Assembly (NCBI GenBank): GCA_036229005.1
Contig: JAZAMN010000024.1
Coordinates: 160,001 to 224,000 of the forward strand
DNA from: Myxococcota bacterium
Lineage (GTDB): Bacteria; Myxococcota_A; UBA796; CAJQPC01
DNA: 64,000 nt
Direction of reading: 5' to 3'
Shown: positions 1 through 10,526 of the stretch, one piece after another
Layout of the letters: each line of letters starts with the position of its first letter
Numbering within the stretch: the first letter of the stretch is position 1
Translations under genes and position numbers: made by a program
The notes under the pieces: model-generated
Told to the model about the DNA's origin: nothing
Seen by the model: the letters and a program-made list of their open reading frames with translations, nothing else
Databases searched by the model: none

Positions 1-68
1 CCGGACGGGCTTGTTTGGAACTCTGGCCCGGCAGAACCAGCCCGCGGTTTCTCCGACCCTCCAGCGGC

Positions 69-485
69 TCAGCGCCTCAGCAGCCGGGAGAGCAGGCTGC
101 GCTCGATGGGGCCGGTGACCGTGCGCGCGCCCTCGCGTCCGTCCAGCAGCTCCAGGATCTGTTCGGGGCTGAGCTGACCCCGGCCGTAGGCGTCGGCCAG
201 GTGGGTGTCCAGCACCGCCTCCTGCTCGCTCGCCCCGTGAGGATCGAGCACGACCACCCGCGGGGGACGGCGGTCCGTCTTGAGGGAGAGGCAGAGGCGG
301 AGTCCCGGGGCCGCGCGGCGGCCCAGGCTCAGGAGCACAAGCTCCGGACGCTGCTCGCGGATACGACGCACCGAAGGGGGCTTGTCAGCGCTGACGAGGA
401 CATCGAAGCGCGCGCGTAGCTGCGTGATGAGCGTCAGGCGCCGCTTGGGGTCTTCCACAACCAGCAGCAGTCGGGGCAGGTGCAT
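69..485 (-). CDS. Atypical single-domain response-regulator receiver-like protein
   Basis: RLLLVVED...RPELVLLSL...GLRLCLSLK follows the receiver pattern; phospho-Asp position is Ser; start re-picked at ATG 485. Confidence 0.6.
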   Translation of the reverse strand: MHLPRLLLVVEDPKRRLTLITQLRARFDVLVSADKPPSVRRIREQRPELVLLSLGRRAAPGLRLCLSLKTDRRPPRVVVLDPHGASEQEAVLDTHLADAYGRGQLSPEQILELLDGREGARTVTGPIERSLLSRLLRR

Positions 486-596
486 CCGGGTCCCTAACGC
501 GGAGTCACGCGGATTGACCCTGCTCTGAGCGCCTGATAGCGTCTGAGTCGGTCGGAAAGCTCCGGCAGTCAAAGCTGAAAGTTGTAGAGGCAATCA

Positions 597-1100
597 ATGA
601 GTGACCGCCTTCAGACGCTCCAGGGGGAGCTCCAGTCCATCCTCGACGAGAAGATGGCCGCCCTCCAGACGGCAATCGCCAACGCGGAGGAGACCACGCG
701 GGGCATCGTGACCGCGGAGCTGGAGATCGCCCGCAACGAGCAGGATGCGGCCTCCATGGCCGAGGACACCAAGCGCCTGGAGCAGGACCTGGACGCCAGC
801 AAGGCCAAGGCCGACGCTGCCCGCAAGTCCAACGAGGCCCTGCGCGGTGAGCGCGACGAGCTCGCCCTGATGCTCGCTGGCGTCGAAGAGGAGGGCTCCG
901 ACCTGCACGCCGAGGTCGCTGAGCTGCGCGAGAAGGTCGCCAAGGCCGAGGCCGCGAACGCCAAGCTCCAGGCCGAGCAGGAGTCCCTGCAGAGCAAGCT
1001 CCAGAACCTGGAGGAGACCGCCAGCAAGATGCGCGCCCTCAAGGCCGAGCTGATGAGCTCCATCAAGCAGAACATGGACGAGCTGTCCGGGGGCAACTAG
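597..1100 (+). CDS. Coiled-coil protein
   Basis: Heptad-rich E/L/A/K sequence; strong GC3 codon bias. Confidence 0.8.
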   Translation: MSDRLQTLQGELQSILDEKMAALQTAIANAEETTRGIVTAELEIARNEQDAASMAEDTKRLEQDLDASKAKADAARKSNEALRGERDELALMLAGVEEEGSDLHAEVAELREKVAKAEAANAKLQAEQESLQSKLQNLEETASKMRALKAELMSSIKQNMDELSGGN

Positions 1101-1101
1101 C

Positions 1102-3018
1102 GTGTCGGCGTCCTCCCTTCTGGCCACCCTGGCGCAGGCCAGGGGGCAGCTCGCCACCCTCCGCCTCGCGCCGCTGGAGCTGATCCGCGCCGAGGCTGAG
1201 CTCCACCTGGAGACCTTCGGGCCCGTCCACCAGGCCGCCCGTCAGCGCCGCATCGCCATCCAGCGCGAGCTCTTGGGGAAGCGGTCTTCGGAGCGTGGTC
1301 CCATTCAGGGGGTCACCCCTGTCCCCGACGTGGCCCCCGCGCCTGTGGTTCGACCCACTGGCGAGAACGAGGACACCACGGTCGACCACTCCGTCGAGCC
1401 CATCGAGGAGCTGGACCTGCTGAGCGACGACCTCTCGGTCGAGCCCGCGGAGCCCTCGGTCGAGCCCGCGGAGCTGTCGGTCGAGCCCTCAGGAGAGGCA
1501 ACGGTCGACGCCACGGTCGAGGAGTACCCCACCTCGCCCCTGCCGGGTATGGACGGCGGCTTCGATGAGGGTACCCAGCCCCTGGACGAGCTGACTGAGG
1601 TCTCCCCCGACTCGATCCCGGCCTCCGCCGAGGACATCGCCGACCTGCTGGACAGCGACGATCTGGCCGATGCCCTCTCGGGCACCCTGGACGACGACCT
1701 GACTGGCCTGGAGGACGAGGACAGCGGTGAGCTCCCCGAGCTCTCCCTCTCCGAGCTGGAGGCCTCCGACCTGCTGGACGACGAGCCCCCGCTGGACCTG
1801 CTGGGCGACGACGACTCCATCGACGAGGGCGCGCTGCTCGCGCCCATCGACCCCATCGACGGCCTGGCCGAGGACGAGCCCGTCCCCGGCTCCGAGGAGG
1901 AGGTCCAGGGTCTGGACCCGGCGCTCCACCCGGACGCGCTGTCCCTGGACGCCGATCTGCTCGAGCCGCTCTCCCAGGATCTGCCCCTGGATCTGGACGG
2001 CGACATCGCCCCGGACGAGGACGAGGACGACGCCGACTTCGCGGACGCCTTCGGCGACCACGAGGACGACGGCCTGGGCGAGCTGGTCGACGACGACGAC
2101 GAGATCGAGGCCGCGCTCTTCGAGGTCGAGGGTGGCCGCGGCGCCGGCGTGGACAGCGCCCAGCTCCGCGAGGTCCCCGCCGAGCACGCCAAGGACGCGC
2201 TCCCCGACATCATCCCCACCATCAAGGACCGCACCTCCGACACCCCGGTGGGCGCGGCCGCCGCCATCCAGCTCAACGCGGACGGCAGCTCGATGGCGCT
2301 GATGGGCGACGACGAAGAGAACATCGAAGTCGAGATGCCCGAGGCGGACGAGGACGAGTACGACGATCTGGAGCACGGTGAGGGCGGCCTGAACCTGTCG
2401 TACGTGGACGAGGTCGAGTACGTCGAAGAAGAGGAGTCCGAGGCTCCCGAGCTCGACCACGCCGGCAACCTGGAGACCCTGGACAACGGCCAGGACCTCA
2501 CCGGCGCGGACTTCCACGCCATGGAGGAGGTCGACTCCGTCGCGGTGGCCAACCTCGAGGCCGCCGCCGCCGAGGCGCTGGACCGGGGTGACCTGCACGC
2601 GGCCGTCCAGGCCTGGTCCGACATGCTGGAGCACGACCCCAGCAACATGGAGGCCTACCTGGGGCGCGGTCGCGCGCACCTGGACCTGGGCGACTTCGCC
2701 GCGGCGATGTCCGACTTCCAGAAGGCCGAGGACCAGGACCGCGAGGGCCCCGAGCCCCTGGTGGCCATGGGCGAGCTCTTCTTTGCCCGCAAGGAGTACA
2801 CCCGGGCCATCGAGTTCTTCGACCAGGCCGTGGAGATGGACAACGACCACGCCATGGCGCGCTGCCGGCGGGGCATCTCCTACTACTACAAGAAGAGCTA
2901 CCGCCAGGCCTTCCTGGACCTGCAGAAGGCCTACACGCTGGACCCGGACATCCCCAACATCCGCAAGTACGTGCAGATGGCCATCAAGAAGCTGGAGCGC
3001 AGCGGCGAGTCCATCTGA
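1102..3018 (+). CDS. Protein with long acidic disordered region and C-terminal TPR repeats
   Basis: Long D/E-rich tract, then TPR motifs (AYLGRGRAHLDLGDFAAAMSDFQKA, ARCRRGISYY); abuts upstream ORF. Confidence 0.85.
   Translation: MSASSLLATLAQARGQLATLRLAPLELIRAEAELHLETFGPVHQAARQRRIAIQRELLGKRSSERGPIQGVTPVPDVAPAPVVRPTGENEDTTVDHSVEPIEELDLLSDDLSVEPAEPSVEPAELSVEPSGEATVDATVEEYPTSPLPGMDGGFDEGTQPLDELTEVSPDSIPASAEDIADLLDSDDLADALSGTLDDDLTGLEDEDSGELPELSLSELEASDLLDDEPPLDLLGDDDSIDEGALLAPIDPIDGLAEDEPVPGSEEEVQGLDPALHPDALSLDADLLEPLSQDLPLDLDGDIAPDEDEDDADFADAFGDHEDDGLGELVDDDDEIEAALFEVEGGRGAGVDSAQLREVPAEHAKDALPDIIPTIKDRTSDTPVGAAAAIQLNADGSSMALMGDDEENIEVEMPEADEDEYDDLEHGEGGLNLSYVDEVEYVEEEESEAPELDHAGNLETLDNGQDLTGADFHAMEEVDSVAVANLEAAAAEALDRGDLHAAVQAWSDMLEHDPSNMEAYLGRGRAHLDLGDFAAAMSDFQKAEDQDREGPEPLVAMGELFFARKEYTRAIEFFDQAVEMDNDHAMARCRRGISYYYKKSYRQAFLDLQKAYTLDPDIPNIRKYVQMAIKKLERSGESI
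1435..1488 (+). repeat. 21-bp in-frame tandem repeat (SVEPAE[P/L])
   Basis: TCGGTCGAGCCC at 1435, 1456 and 1477. Confidence 0.8.
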
Positions 3019-3040
3019 GCGTCGCTTTCACTTCTTGGAG

Positions 3041-3066
3041 AACCCGCCTTTGAGGCGGGTTTTCTT
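3041..3066 (+). terminator. Rho-independent terminator
   Basis: AACCCGCCT-TTG-AGGCGGGTT followed by TTCTT just after stop at 3018. Confidence 0.8.
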
Positions 3067-3193
3067 GCTCTGGGGCTTTGCCCCCTGCGCCGCGAAGGCC
3101 GCTTCCCACCAACCTGGAGTCCGCCGCGAAGTCCGCTTCGCACCTGGGGGCGAGATTGGGCTCAAGTCCTTGGAATCGCGACCGGGGTGCTCT

Positions 3194-3209
3194 TGGCCCG
3201 GGTCTTGCT
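3194..3209 (+). promoter_or_regulatory. Putative sigma-54 (-24/-12) promoter
   Basis: TGGCCCGGGTCTTGCT = GG-N10-GC; GGAGG RBS and ATG 3238 lie just downstream. Confidence 0.65.
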
Positions 3210-3237
3210 GGGAAAGGGGGAAAACACGGAGGCCTCC

Positions 3238-3411
3238 ATGGATACCCGCTCTGATCTCCTGCGCAACCGCAACCGCGTCGTCGCCCGCTCCTTCTACCGC
3301 CACCTCAAGAGCCAGGGCTTCTCGCACGAGCAGATCATCGAGCTGAGCACGCAGCTCCTCGACATGGTGACCGACGACATGCAGGCCCAGGCCCCCGCAG
3401 AGGCCAAGTAG
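3238..3411 (+). CDS. Small hypothetical protein (57 aa)
   Basis: GGAGG RBS; good codon bias; helical motif ARSFYRHLKSQGFSHEQIIELSTQLLDMVT. Confidence 0.75.
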   Translation: MDTRSDLLRNRNRVVARSFYRHLKSQGFSHEQIIELSTQLLDMVTDDMQAQAPAEAK

Positions 3412-3530
3412 CGCCCAGCCTGACCTCGCTGGCGGCAGGGTGTCGCTGGTGAGTCTCCAGGGGAGGGGAGTCGACGTGGTGGGCCAAGGTGGCCCAGCGT
3501 CCAGATCCCCTCGACCCTGTCGCCCTGAGC

Positions 3531-4430
3531 TCAGCCCTCCAGCTTGCTGGTGAGCTCGGCCCACTCGCGCTTGGACAGGCCGGAGTCCTCCTGGCTGACG
3601 GGCTCGCCAGCGATCATCTTGCGGATGACGGCCAGGCCCTGCGCGGAGAAGAAGGCGCCGCCGACGCGGTAGTCGTTGAAGGCCTCGTAGGCCGCGGGGA
3701 CCCAGTCCTTGACGTAGTCGGCGATGGCGTCGGCGTAGACGCGGATCTCGTACTGCGCGTGGGGGTGCATGCGCAGGGACAAGAAGTGCAGCAGGTTGTG
3801 GAGGTCGATCTTCCAGTACCACTGCGTGTAGAAGTTCACCGGCAGGTTCATGCGGGCGAGCTCGCGGGCCAGGCCGTGCTCGTCCATCAGGGACTTGTAG
3901 GTGCCGTAGCTCTGGATGGCGTCGGCCTTGAGCAGGTCCAGCACCTGGGCGGACTGCTCGGCGCTCAGGGTGTCGCCGCGGCCCTGCTTGTTGTCGGTGG
4001 ACTGGAGCGCGATGTGCTCGGGGTCGGGCAGGTAGAACTCGCGGTCCAGCACGGAGTAGCGGGCGCTGTACTCGTTGACGTTGGCGGTGCGGTGCCGGAT
4101 CCACTGGCGGGCCACGAAGATGGGCAGCTTGACGTGCAGCTTGAGCTCGCACATCTCAAAGGGCGTGGTGTGGCGGTGGCGCATCAGGTAGCGGATCAGG
4201 CCGCGGTCCTGGCGGACCTTCTTGGTGCCCTTGCCGTAGGAGACGCGGGCGGCCTGGACGATCGCGGAGTCGTCGCCCATGTAGTCCACGACCCGCACGA
4301 AGCCGTGGTCCAGGAGCATGGTGGGCTCGTAGAGCCGCTCCTCCAGCGCGGGGACGGTCGCCCTGCGCGTGGGGTGGCTCTGGGCGCGGGCCTCGTCGAT
4401 GGCGTCGCGCATGTCCTGGCTGAGCTTCAT
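3531..4430 (-). CDS. thyX: FAD-dependent thymidylate synthase
   Basis: [33 protein letters not shown] and HAQYEIR motifs. Confidence 0.97.
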   Translation of the reverse strand: MKLSQDMRDAIDEARAQSHPTRRATVPALEERLYEPTMLLDHGFVRVVDYMGDDSAIVQAARVSYGKGTKKVRQDRGLIRYLMRHRHTTPFEMCELKLHVKLPIFVARQWIRHRTANVNEYSARYSVLDREFYLPDPEHIALQSTDNKQGRGDTLSAEQSAQVLDLLKADAIQSYGTYKSLMDEHGLARELARMNLPVNFYTQWYWKIDLHNLLHFLSLRMHPHAQYEIRVYADAIADYVKDWVPAAYEAFNDYRVGGAFFSAQGLAVIRKMIAGEPVSQEDSGLSKREWAELTSKLEG

Positions 4431-4485
4431 CCTGCCTCCCGGGGTAGGGTTCGATAACCGAAACCCCTGCCCCGTGGAGGCCCCC

Positions 4486-5625
4486 TTGAGCGCGGACACC
4501 TTCTCCCAACTCGCCCTGCAGGCCCTCAAGTCCAACGAGCCCGAGAAGGCCGTGGCCTACTTCGAGCAAGCCCTGGAGCACGCGGAGCGGCCGCGCCCCG
4601 ACATCCTGCACAGCATGGGGGTTGTGCTCCTTCAGCTTGGCGAGCCCGAGAAGGCCCGGCCCCTGATGCAGCAGGCCCTGGAGCAGGCCTGGAAGGTCAA
4701 CGCCGAGCCCGAGCTGCTGCTGCAGTGCGCCCTTGGACTGGCCGCTGCGTCCGAGGACAGCGACCACGTGGGGGAGGCCCTGGCCGCGTACGAGCAGGCC
4801 TTCGAGGTCGACGCCCGCAGCGACCGCGCATTGGTCGGCAAGGCCCACCTGCTGCTGGGGCTGGGGCGCCTGGACGAGGCTGTTGGCCTGCTCGAGCGCT
4901 ACCTGGAGTTCTCCAAGGACGACGCCGAATACCTGGACGCCGCCAAGGCCTTGGTGGAGCACGTCAAGGCCTTCCAGGCCGAGGGCGAGCCCATCACCCT
5001 GCTGCGCGCCCACCGCGAGTCCTACATCGAGTTCTTTGACGAGACCATGAAGAACATGGCCGAGCAGGGCTGGATCGGCGAATGCGCCCGCATGATGCGG
5101 GACGACAGCGGCCAGGTCGTCAACGTCATCCCCGAAGGCGCCCGCCCCTACGCCGCGGTCCGCGTGGACCTGGTGGACCCCAGCACCGGCCAGGCCGGCC
5201 AGATCGGCGAGCAGCCCATGGTCGTGGCCGTCGGCGGCTTCGAGGCCCTCGCGCAGGCCCCGGTGTCCTTCGACGTGGAGGGCCGCCCCTACCGTCTGCG
5301 GGTGAGCAGCCAAGCTCCGTGGGACCAGCTCCCCATCTCCATCCTCCTGGAGAAGGGCGACGCCGAGCAGATCTGCGAGCCCATCTTCGCGACCTGGTAC
5401 ACCGCCGGGTTCAACGGGCAGTTCGGGGAGAAGGAGAAGGGCCGCTTCCACTACATCAGCGACCCCATCGTCTCGCGCTCTGGGCGCGGCATCACCTTCC
5501 ACCTGGATCTGGGCCGAAGCGAGGAGCGGTGTATCGAGCACCTGCTGGCCCGCATCGACCAGCTCCACCAGGAGGTCGGGGTGGTCGAGGTGCTGCTGGG
5601 GCGGGGCTACCTCAGTCCGGTGTGA
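4486..5625 (+). CDS. TPR-containing hypothetical protein
   Basis: N-terminal TPR-like helices; GGAGG RBS before TTG 4486. Confidence 0.75.
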   Translation: MSADTFSQLALQALKSNEPEKAVAYFEQALEHAERPRPDILHSMGVVLLQLGEPEKARPLMQQALEQAWKVNAEPELLLQCALGLAAASEDSDHVGEALAAYEQAFEVDARSDRALVGKAHLLLGLGRLDEAVGLLERYLEFSKDDAEYLDAAKALVEHVKAFQAEGEPITLLRAHRESYIEFFDETMKNMAEQGWIGECARMMRDDSGQVVNVIPEGARPYAAVRVDLVDPSTGQAGQIGEQPMVVAVGGFEALAQAPVSFDVEGRPYRLRVSSQAPWDQLPISILLEKGDAEQICEPIFATWYTAGFNGQFGEKEKGRFHYISDPIVSRSGRGITFHLDLGRSEERCIEHLLARIDQLHQEVGVVEVLLGRGYLSPV

Positions 5626-6526
5626 GGCCGGGGACGGCGAAGGGCCGCAAGGGGAACCCAGGGCTCAGGAGCTGGAGCTGGTGCATGGCGTAGGTGGCGT
5701 CCGCTTGGGCGCCCAGGGCCTGGAATGCGCGGGCTCGCTGGGCGAGCAGGACGGGGTCCTGGCGGTGCATCACGAGGCTCTTGTCCAGCAGGTCCAGCAC
5801 GGCGCCGGGGTCGTCCTGGGCCAGGAAGATCTCGCACTGCATGGCCACGTTGTCGGCCAGCCAGCGCCGGTTCTCCCGGGCCGCGGAGACCAGGGCCTGG
5901 GCGCTCTCCAGGTCACCCTCGGCGATCGCCAGGCGGGCGCGCGCCAGCAGCAGACGGTTGGCCGGGTCGGCGGGGAGCGAGTCGGCCATGTAGAGGGACT
6001 CGCGGGCCAGCTCGACGTCCCCCTGGTCCAGGTGGATCTCAGCCATCCAGGCGTGCACGGTGGCTGAGCGGGGACTCAGGGAGAGGGCCATGTAGCCCGC
6101 ATCCAGCGCCCGCTGGGGCTCACCGGCGCTGCGGTGGTCTTGCAGCAGGTTCAGCCACACCTGGAGCTGGCGGCGCTCGTCGGGGGACTGCCACAGGCGC
6201 TCGGTGTGGAGGGCGATGGCGGCCTGGGCTTGTCCGGTGGCCCGCAGGCCCTCGGCCTCCCGGGCGACGCCCACCTGGGGGTAGATCTCGGAGCCCTCGG
6301 CGTAGGCCAGGTAGCCCAAGGCGTCGGCGTAGCGGCCCATGGCGTGGTAGGCGAGGCCCGCCTGGGCGTTCAGCCCGGGGTCCAGCGGAGCGGTCTCCAG
6401 CTTGGGGAGAAGCTGGTCGAGGGCCAGCCGGCCGCGCCCTTGGTGGATCATGCCCATGGTGCGGGACTGGGCCCACACCGCACCGGAGGCGAGCAGGAGG
6501 AGCAGCAGGGGGGCACGCTTTGACAT
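5612..6526 (-). CDS. Secreted TPR protein
   Basis: Signal peptide MSKRAPLLLLLLASGAVWA; TPR motifs. Confidence 0.75.
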   Translation of the reverse strand: MSKRAPLLLLLLASGAVWAQSRTMGMIHQGRGRLALDQLLPKLETAPLDPGLNAQAGLAYHAMGRYADALGYLAYAEGSEIYPQVGVAREAEGLRATGQAQAAIALHTERLWQSPDERRQLQVWLNLLQDHRSAGEPQRALDAGYMALSLSPRSATVHAWMAEIHLDQGDVELARESLYMADSLPADPANRLLLARARLAIAEGDLESAQALVSAARENRRWLADNVAMQCEIFLAQDDPGAVLDLLDKSLVMHRQDPVLLAQRARAFQALGAQADATYAMHQLQLLSPGFPLRPFAVPGLTPD

Positions 6527-6613
6527 TGTCTGTCGATAAGCCGCCCGCCCGGTCGGCGTCTACAGCAGGGGTGTTATCGGGGACCCTGGCCGCCCCCCGG
6601 CCCTGGAGCACCC

Positions 6614-8917
6614 ATGTCCCTGTTGTTGTGGTTGGCCTGCACTGGCGCCCCCGAGCCTCAGCCCGAGCCCGAGGCTGCCCCCCGCCCCTCGCTGCTGCTG
6701 GTGACGCTGGACACGACCCGGGCCGACGCGCTGGGCGCCTACGGCCACAGCGGCGCGCAGACCCCGGTGTTCGACAGCCTGGCCGGACAGGGTGTGCGCT
6801 TCGAGCGGGCCTACGCCACGGTGCCCCTGACCACGCCGTCCCACGCCTCGATGCTCACCGGGCTCTACCCGACCCGGCACGGCATCCACAACAACGGCGA
6901 CGCCGTCCTCCGCGACGACGTGGACACCCTCGCCGAGCTGCTGGGCGCGCAGGGCTACCGCAGCGCGGCCTCGGCCTCCGCCTTCGTGACCACGGCGACC
7001 TGGAACCTGGACCAGGGCTTCGACGCCTACTTTGACGAGGTCGAGCGCAGCAAGGGCTCCCGCTGGGAGTACGAGCGCCCCGCGAACGAGGTGGTCGACG
7101 ACCTGCTGGGCTGGCTGCCCCAGGGCGAGGAGCCCTTCTTCATGTGGGCCCACTTCTACGACGCCCACGCGCCCTACCAGGACCACGCCGAGTTCGACCT
7201 GGCCACGCCCTACGACGAGGAGATCGCGTTCGCCGATCAGCAGCTCGGGCGCCTGCTGGAGGCCGCCCAGGCCAAGGCCGGACCCGGCGGTCTGGCCGTC
7301 ATCGTGGTCGCGGATCACGGCGAGGCCTTCGGAGAGCACGACGAGACCGGCCACGGGCTCTTTGTCTACGACAGCACCATGCGCATCCCCTTCGTGGCGG
7401 TCCCCCCCGAGCGCCTCAAGGAGGGCGTGGTCTTCCCCCAGGCGGTCTCCAACGTGGACGTGACCCCCACCGCGCTCGGGCTGCTCGGCCTGACCGTGCC
7501 GCAGGGCCTGGACGGCCGCGATCTGAGCGTGGCCAAGGACGGCGCGCTCCAGGAGCGCGGGCCGGTCTACATGGAGTCGGAGATGGCGGCCCAGCGCTTT
7601 GGCTTCCACCCGGAGCTGGCCGTGGCCGCCGGCGTGATCAAGCTCATCGACACCCCGCAGCCGCTGCTCTTTGACGTGCAGAAGGACCCCAAGGAGCTGC
7701 AGAACCTGGCCGCCGAGCAGCCCGAGACCGTCAGCAGCCTGCACGGCTTCCGGATGGAGGTCTGGGCCCAGCGGCAGGCCGGTGAGGAGGCCGCCATGAC
7801 CCCCGAGCTGATGGAGCAGCTTGCTGCCCTCGGCTACGTCGGCGGCACCTCGGTCGAGGAGGTCGACTACAGCCAGGCGCCGGACGCCAAGGCCAACATG
7901 GCGGTGATCCAGGCCATCGAGTCCGCCCGCGAGCTGGCCTCCCAGGGCAAGGCCAAGGAGTCCATCCAGGCCTACCAGGAGGTGCTCAAGACTCACCCCG
8001 ATCTGGGCGAAGCGCTGGCCGGGCTGGCCCGCGCCCAGGCGCAGGTGGGTGACCACGCAGCCGCTGAGGCCACTTGGCGACGGGCCATGGAGCTGGCCCC
8101 GGACAGCACCTTCATCCGCACCAACCTGGCCCAGGCCCTGGCCGCTCAGGGGCGCCTGGAGGACGGCTTGGCGCTGATGCGCTCGGTGCACGAGCAGGTC
8201 CCCGGGGACGAGCTCGCCCGCAGCGGCATGCTCAAGATGCTGATCGACCTGGACCGCTACGAAGAGGCGGTCAGTCTGGGGCAGGAGTGGCTGGCCGCTG
8301 AGCCGGAGCAGCCCTCCATCCAGGCCTTCACGGGGATCGCGCTCACCCACATGGGCCAGGTCGAGCCGGCCAGGACCTTGCTGGAGGCCAGCCTGAACGA
8401 CGGCATGCCCCGCCAGCTTGTGCACATGGCCCTGGCCGAGCTCGACAAGCGCGACGGCAACGCCGAGGGCGCCCGCAAACACCTGGAGGCGGAGCTAAAG
8501 TGGTTCCCCGCCAAGCGCGAGGTGCGCCGGGAGCTGGCCAACGTCTGCATGGCCCTCAAGGACTGGAGCTGCGCGGTCGCGAGCTTCGAGGAGCTGGCCA
8601 AAGGACAGAAGAAGCTGCCGCCCGCCATGCGCTGGGGCTGGAGCCAGTCCCTCTACAACCTGCAGGAGTACGAGAAAGCCCGCATCGTGCTGGACCCCGC
8701 CCTCAAGGGCAGCCCCTCCGCGGACCTGCTGCTGCTCCACGCCAACCTGCTGGCCAAGGAAGGCAAGCGGGAAGAGGGCAAGGCGGTCTTCGAGAAGGCC
8801 CAGGCCCTCAAGGTCAAGGAGGTCGAGGCCGCGCGCAAGGCCGCCGAGGCCCGCAAGGCGGAGCAGGAGGCCAAGGGGGCGACCCCGGCTGCTTCGGACG
8901 ACAAGAAGACCCCCTGA
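6614..8917 (+). CDS. Sulfatase-like hydrolase/transferase lipoprotein with C-terminal TPRs
   Basis: LLVTLDTTRAD, PLTTPSHASMLTG, ADHGE, LAALGY motifs; TPR tail. Confidence 0.9.
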   Translation: MSLLLWLACTGAPEPQPEPEAAPRPSLLLVTLDTTRADALGAYGHSGAQTPVFDSLAGQGVRFERAYATVPLTTPSHASMLTGLYPTRHGIHNNGDAVLRDDVDTLAELLGAQGYRSAASASAFVTTATWNLDQGFDAYFDEVERSKGSRWEYERPANEVVDDLLGWLPQGEEPFFMWAHFYDAHAPYQDHAEFDLATPYDEEIAFADQQLGRLLEAAQAKAGPGGLAVIVVADHGEAFGEHDETGHGLFVYDSTMRIPFVAVPPERLKEGVVFPQAVSNVDVTPTALGLLGLTVPQGLDGRDLSVAKDGALQERGPVYMESEMAAQRFGFHPELAVAAGVIKLIDTPQPLLFDVQKDPKELQNLAAEQPETVSSLHGFRMEVWAQRQAGEEAAMTPELMEQLAALGYVGGTSVEEVDYSQAPDAKANMAVIQAIESARELASQGKAKESIQAYQEVLKTHPDLGEALAGLARAQAQVGDHAAAEATWRRAMELAPDSTFIRTNLAQALAAQGRLEDGLALMRSVHEQVPGDELARSGMLKMLIDLDRYEEAVSLGQEWLAAEPEQPSIQAFTGIALTHMGQVEPARTLLEASLNDGMPRQLVHMALAELDKRDGNAEGARKHLEAELKWFPAKREVRRELANVCMALKDWSCAVASFEELAKGQKKLPPAMRWGWSQSLYNLQEYEKARIVLDPALKGSPSADLLLLHANLLAKEGKREEGKAVFEKAQALKVKEVEAARKAAEARKAEQEAKGATPAASDDKKTP

Positions 8918-9059
8918 GAGGCTCCGCTCTGGGGGCCGGCCGAGGAGACTCAGCGCGGGCCCGCCCAGGTCCCCCCGAGCACAGCCCCCCGGGACACAGG
9001 ATCCCAGAGCACAACACCCCCGCCCGAGGGCGAGGGTGCGGTTGAGCGGCTGCTTGGTC

Positions 9060-9692
9060 TCACTTGGAGACGGTCGCGTAGCCCTCGTAGTAGTTGGTGA
9101 TGTACTTGCCGGCGTAGTCGGGGTAGTAGCCGTAGCTGCCGGAGTAGTAGTACTCGGAGTAGCCGGAGCTGTACTCGAAGTTGCTGCCGTCGAAGGTGCC
9201 GGCGGTCCAGGCACCCCAGCCGTAGGTGCTGGAGTAGTACATGACGTAGGAGCCGTAGCCCTGGTAGTCGTCGGTGTAGCCGTAACCGAAGCTGAAGTCG
9301 GTCATGTAGCCAGCGCAGTCACCACCAGCGGTGTTGTCGAAGGAGCTGCCGGCGTTGTAGGTCAGGGCGACGTCGAAGGCGAACTCGCAGTCAGCGCAGG
9401 CGTCGCGGTAGGTGCCGACGGCGTCCCAGGTGATGGTGCAGTCCAGATCGACGCTGTCCTTCCAGCCCTGGTAGCTCCAGACCTCCTGGCCCGAGTAGGA
9501 CTTGTAGTCGTGGGGGACGTCAGCGTCAGCGTCGGAGTCGCTGTCGCTGTCGGAGTCGGAGTCCGCATCGGAGTCGGCGTCAGCGTCGCCCTCGGTCTCC
9601 CAGGTGTCGCCGGTCTCGGACTTGACCGAGATGCAGGCGGTGGACAGCGCGGCGAGGCCGGCGACGGACAGAATCAGGGACAAACGGCGCAT
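9060..9692 (-). CDS. Lipoprotein with (D-S/A)n linker and Tyr/Gly-rich domain
   Basis: Lipobox LSTAC; DADADSDADSDSDS linker; CADC motif. Confidence 0.8.
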   Translation of the reverse strand: MRRLSLILSVAGLAALSTACISVKSETGDTWETEGDADADSDADSDSDSDSDSDADADVPHDYKSYSGQEVWSYQGWKDSVDLDCTITWDAVGTYRDACADCEFAFDVALTYNAGSSFDNTAGGDCAGYMTDFSFGYGYTDDYQGYGSYVMYYSSTYGWGAWTAGTFDGSNFEYSSGYSEYYYSGSYGYYPDYAGKYITNYYEGYATVSK

Positions 9693-9814
9693 GGGCACTC
9701 CATCTCAGCCTGGGGGTAGGTCCCCAGGGGCTTCCTCGCAGGGTATTCAAAGGGGACGAGGTGTGCAAGGACCCTGCAGACCTTGGGTCGTCGTGGTGCC
9801 AACGGCACACAAGC

Positions 9815-10495
9815 TCAGAAAGTGAAGAAGAGATCGAGGCTGGGCAGGGGCAGCATCGCGGGCAGGTTGCTGCTGTCGCCATCTGCCCGGTCCACCCAGG
9901 TGACCAGGCGAGTGGTGTCCTGGTACTTGAGGCCCAGGGCGACCCGCCCAGCGTCGCCGAAGCCGCGGGTCCACTCCGCGCCAGCGCTGCCTACAAAGGT
10001 CTTAAGCTGCACGGCGTTGTAGGGATCGGCCTCGGCGTAGAAGCGCCAGACGGTCTTCTTGTTGGTGCTCAGGTGGTAGCTCCAGTAGAGCATCGTGGAG
10101 GGGGCGAAGTAGCGCTCCCCGTCCACCGACGCGGTGCCCACGCCGACCCCCGCGGCCAGGTTCACCCGGTTGCCCTTGGGGCCGCCCTTGGTCCACCGGA
10201 CGTTGCCGCTGACAGCTTGACTCCCAAAGAGCCAGCCGGTGCTGGCGTTGGCCCCCACGGAGAGCGCGCCCTGCTTGTTCTGCCGGATGGCGTACTCCAG
10301 CCCGGCGTTGGGGCCGCCCAGCCAGCTCAGGAAGGTGGTCTTGAGCTCCAGCTCCTTGGAGATGGCGAACTGTGACTCGCGGAACACGTCGATCTGCTTC
10401 TGCCCCTCCTTGAGGGTGTGGGCGGTGTCGTCGAACTCCGAGCTGGTCAGAGGCTTGGCCTGGGCGGTGGTCAGCGCGAGCAGCAGCGTCAGCAT
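9815..10495 (-). CDS. Putative outer-membrane beta-barrel protein
   Basis: Signal peptide, amphipathic beta strands, C-terminal Phe (DLFFTF). Confidence 0.7.
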   Translation of the reverse strand: MLTLLLALTTAQAKPLTSSEFDDTAHTLKEGQKQIDVFRESQFAISKELELKTTFLSWLGGPNAGLEYAIRQNKQGALSVGANASTGWLFGSQAVSGNVRWTKGGPKGNRVNLAAGVGVGTASVDGERYFAPSTMLYWSYHLSTNKKTVWRFYAEADPYNAVQLKTFVGSAGAEWTRGFGDAGRVALGLKYQDTTRLVTWVDRADGDSSNLPAMLPLPSLDLFFTF

Positions 10496-10526
10496 GGGGG
10501 ACTCCTGGCGGTTGTCTGCCGGGAGC

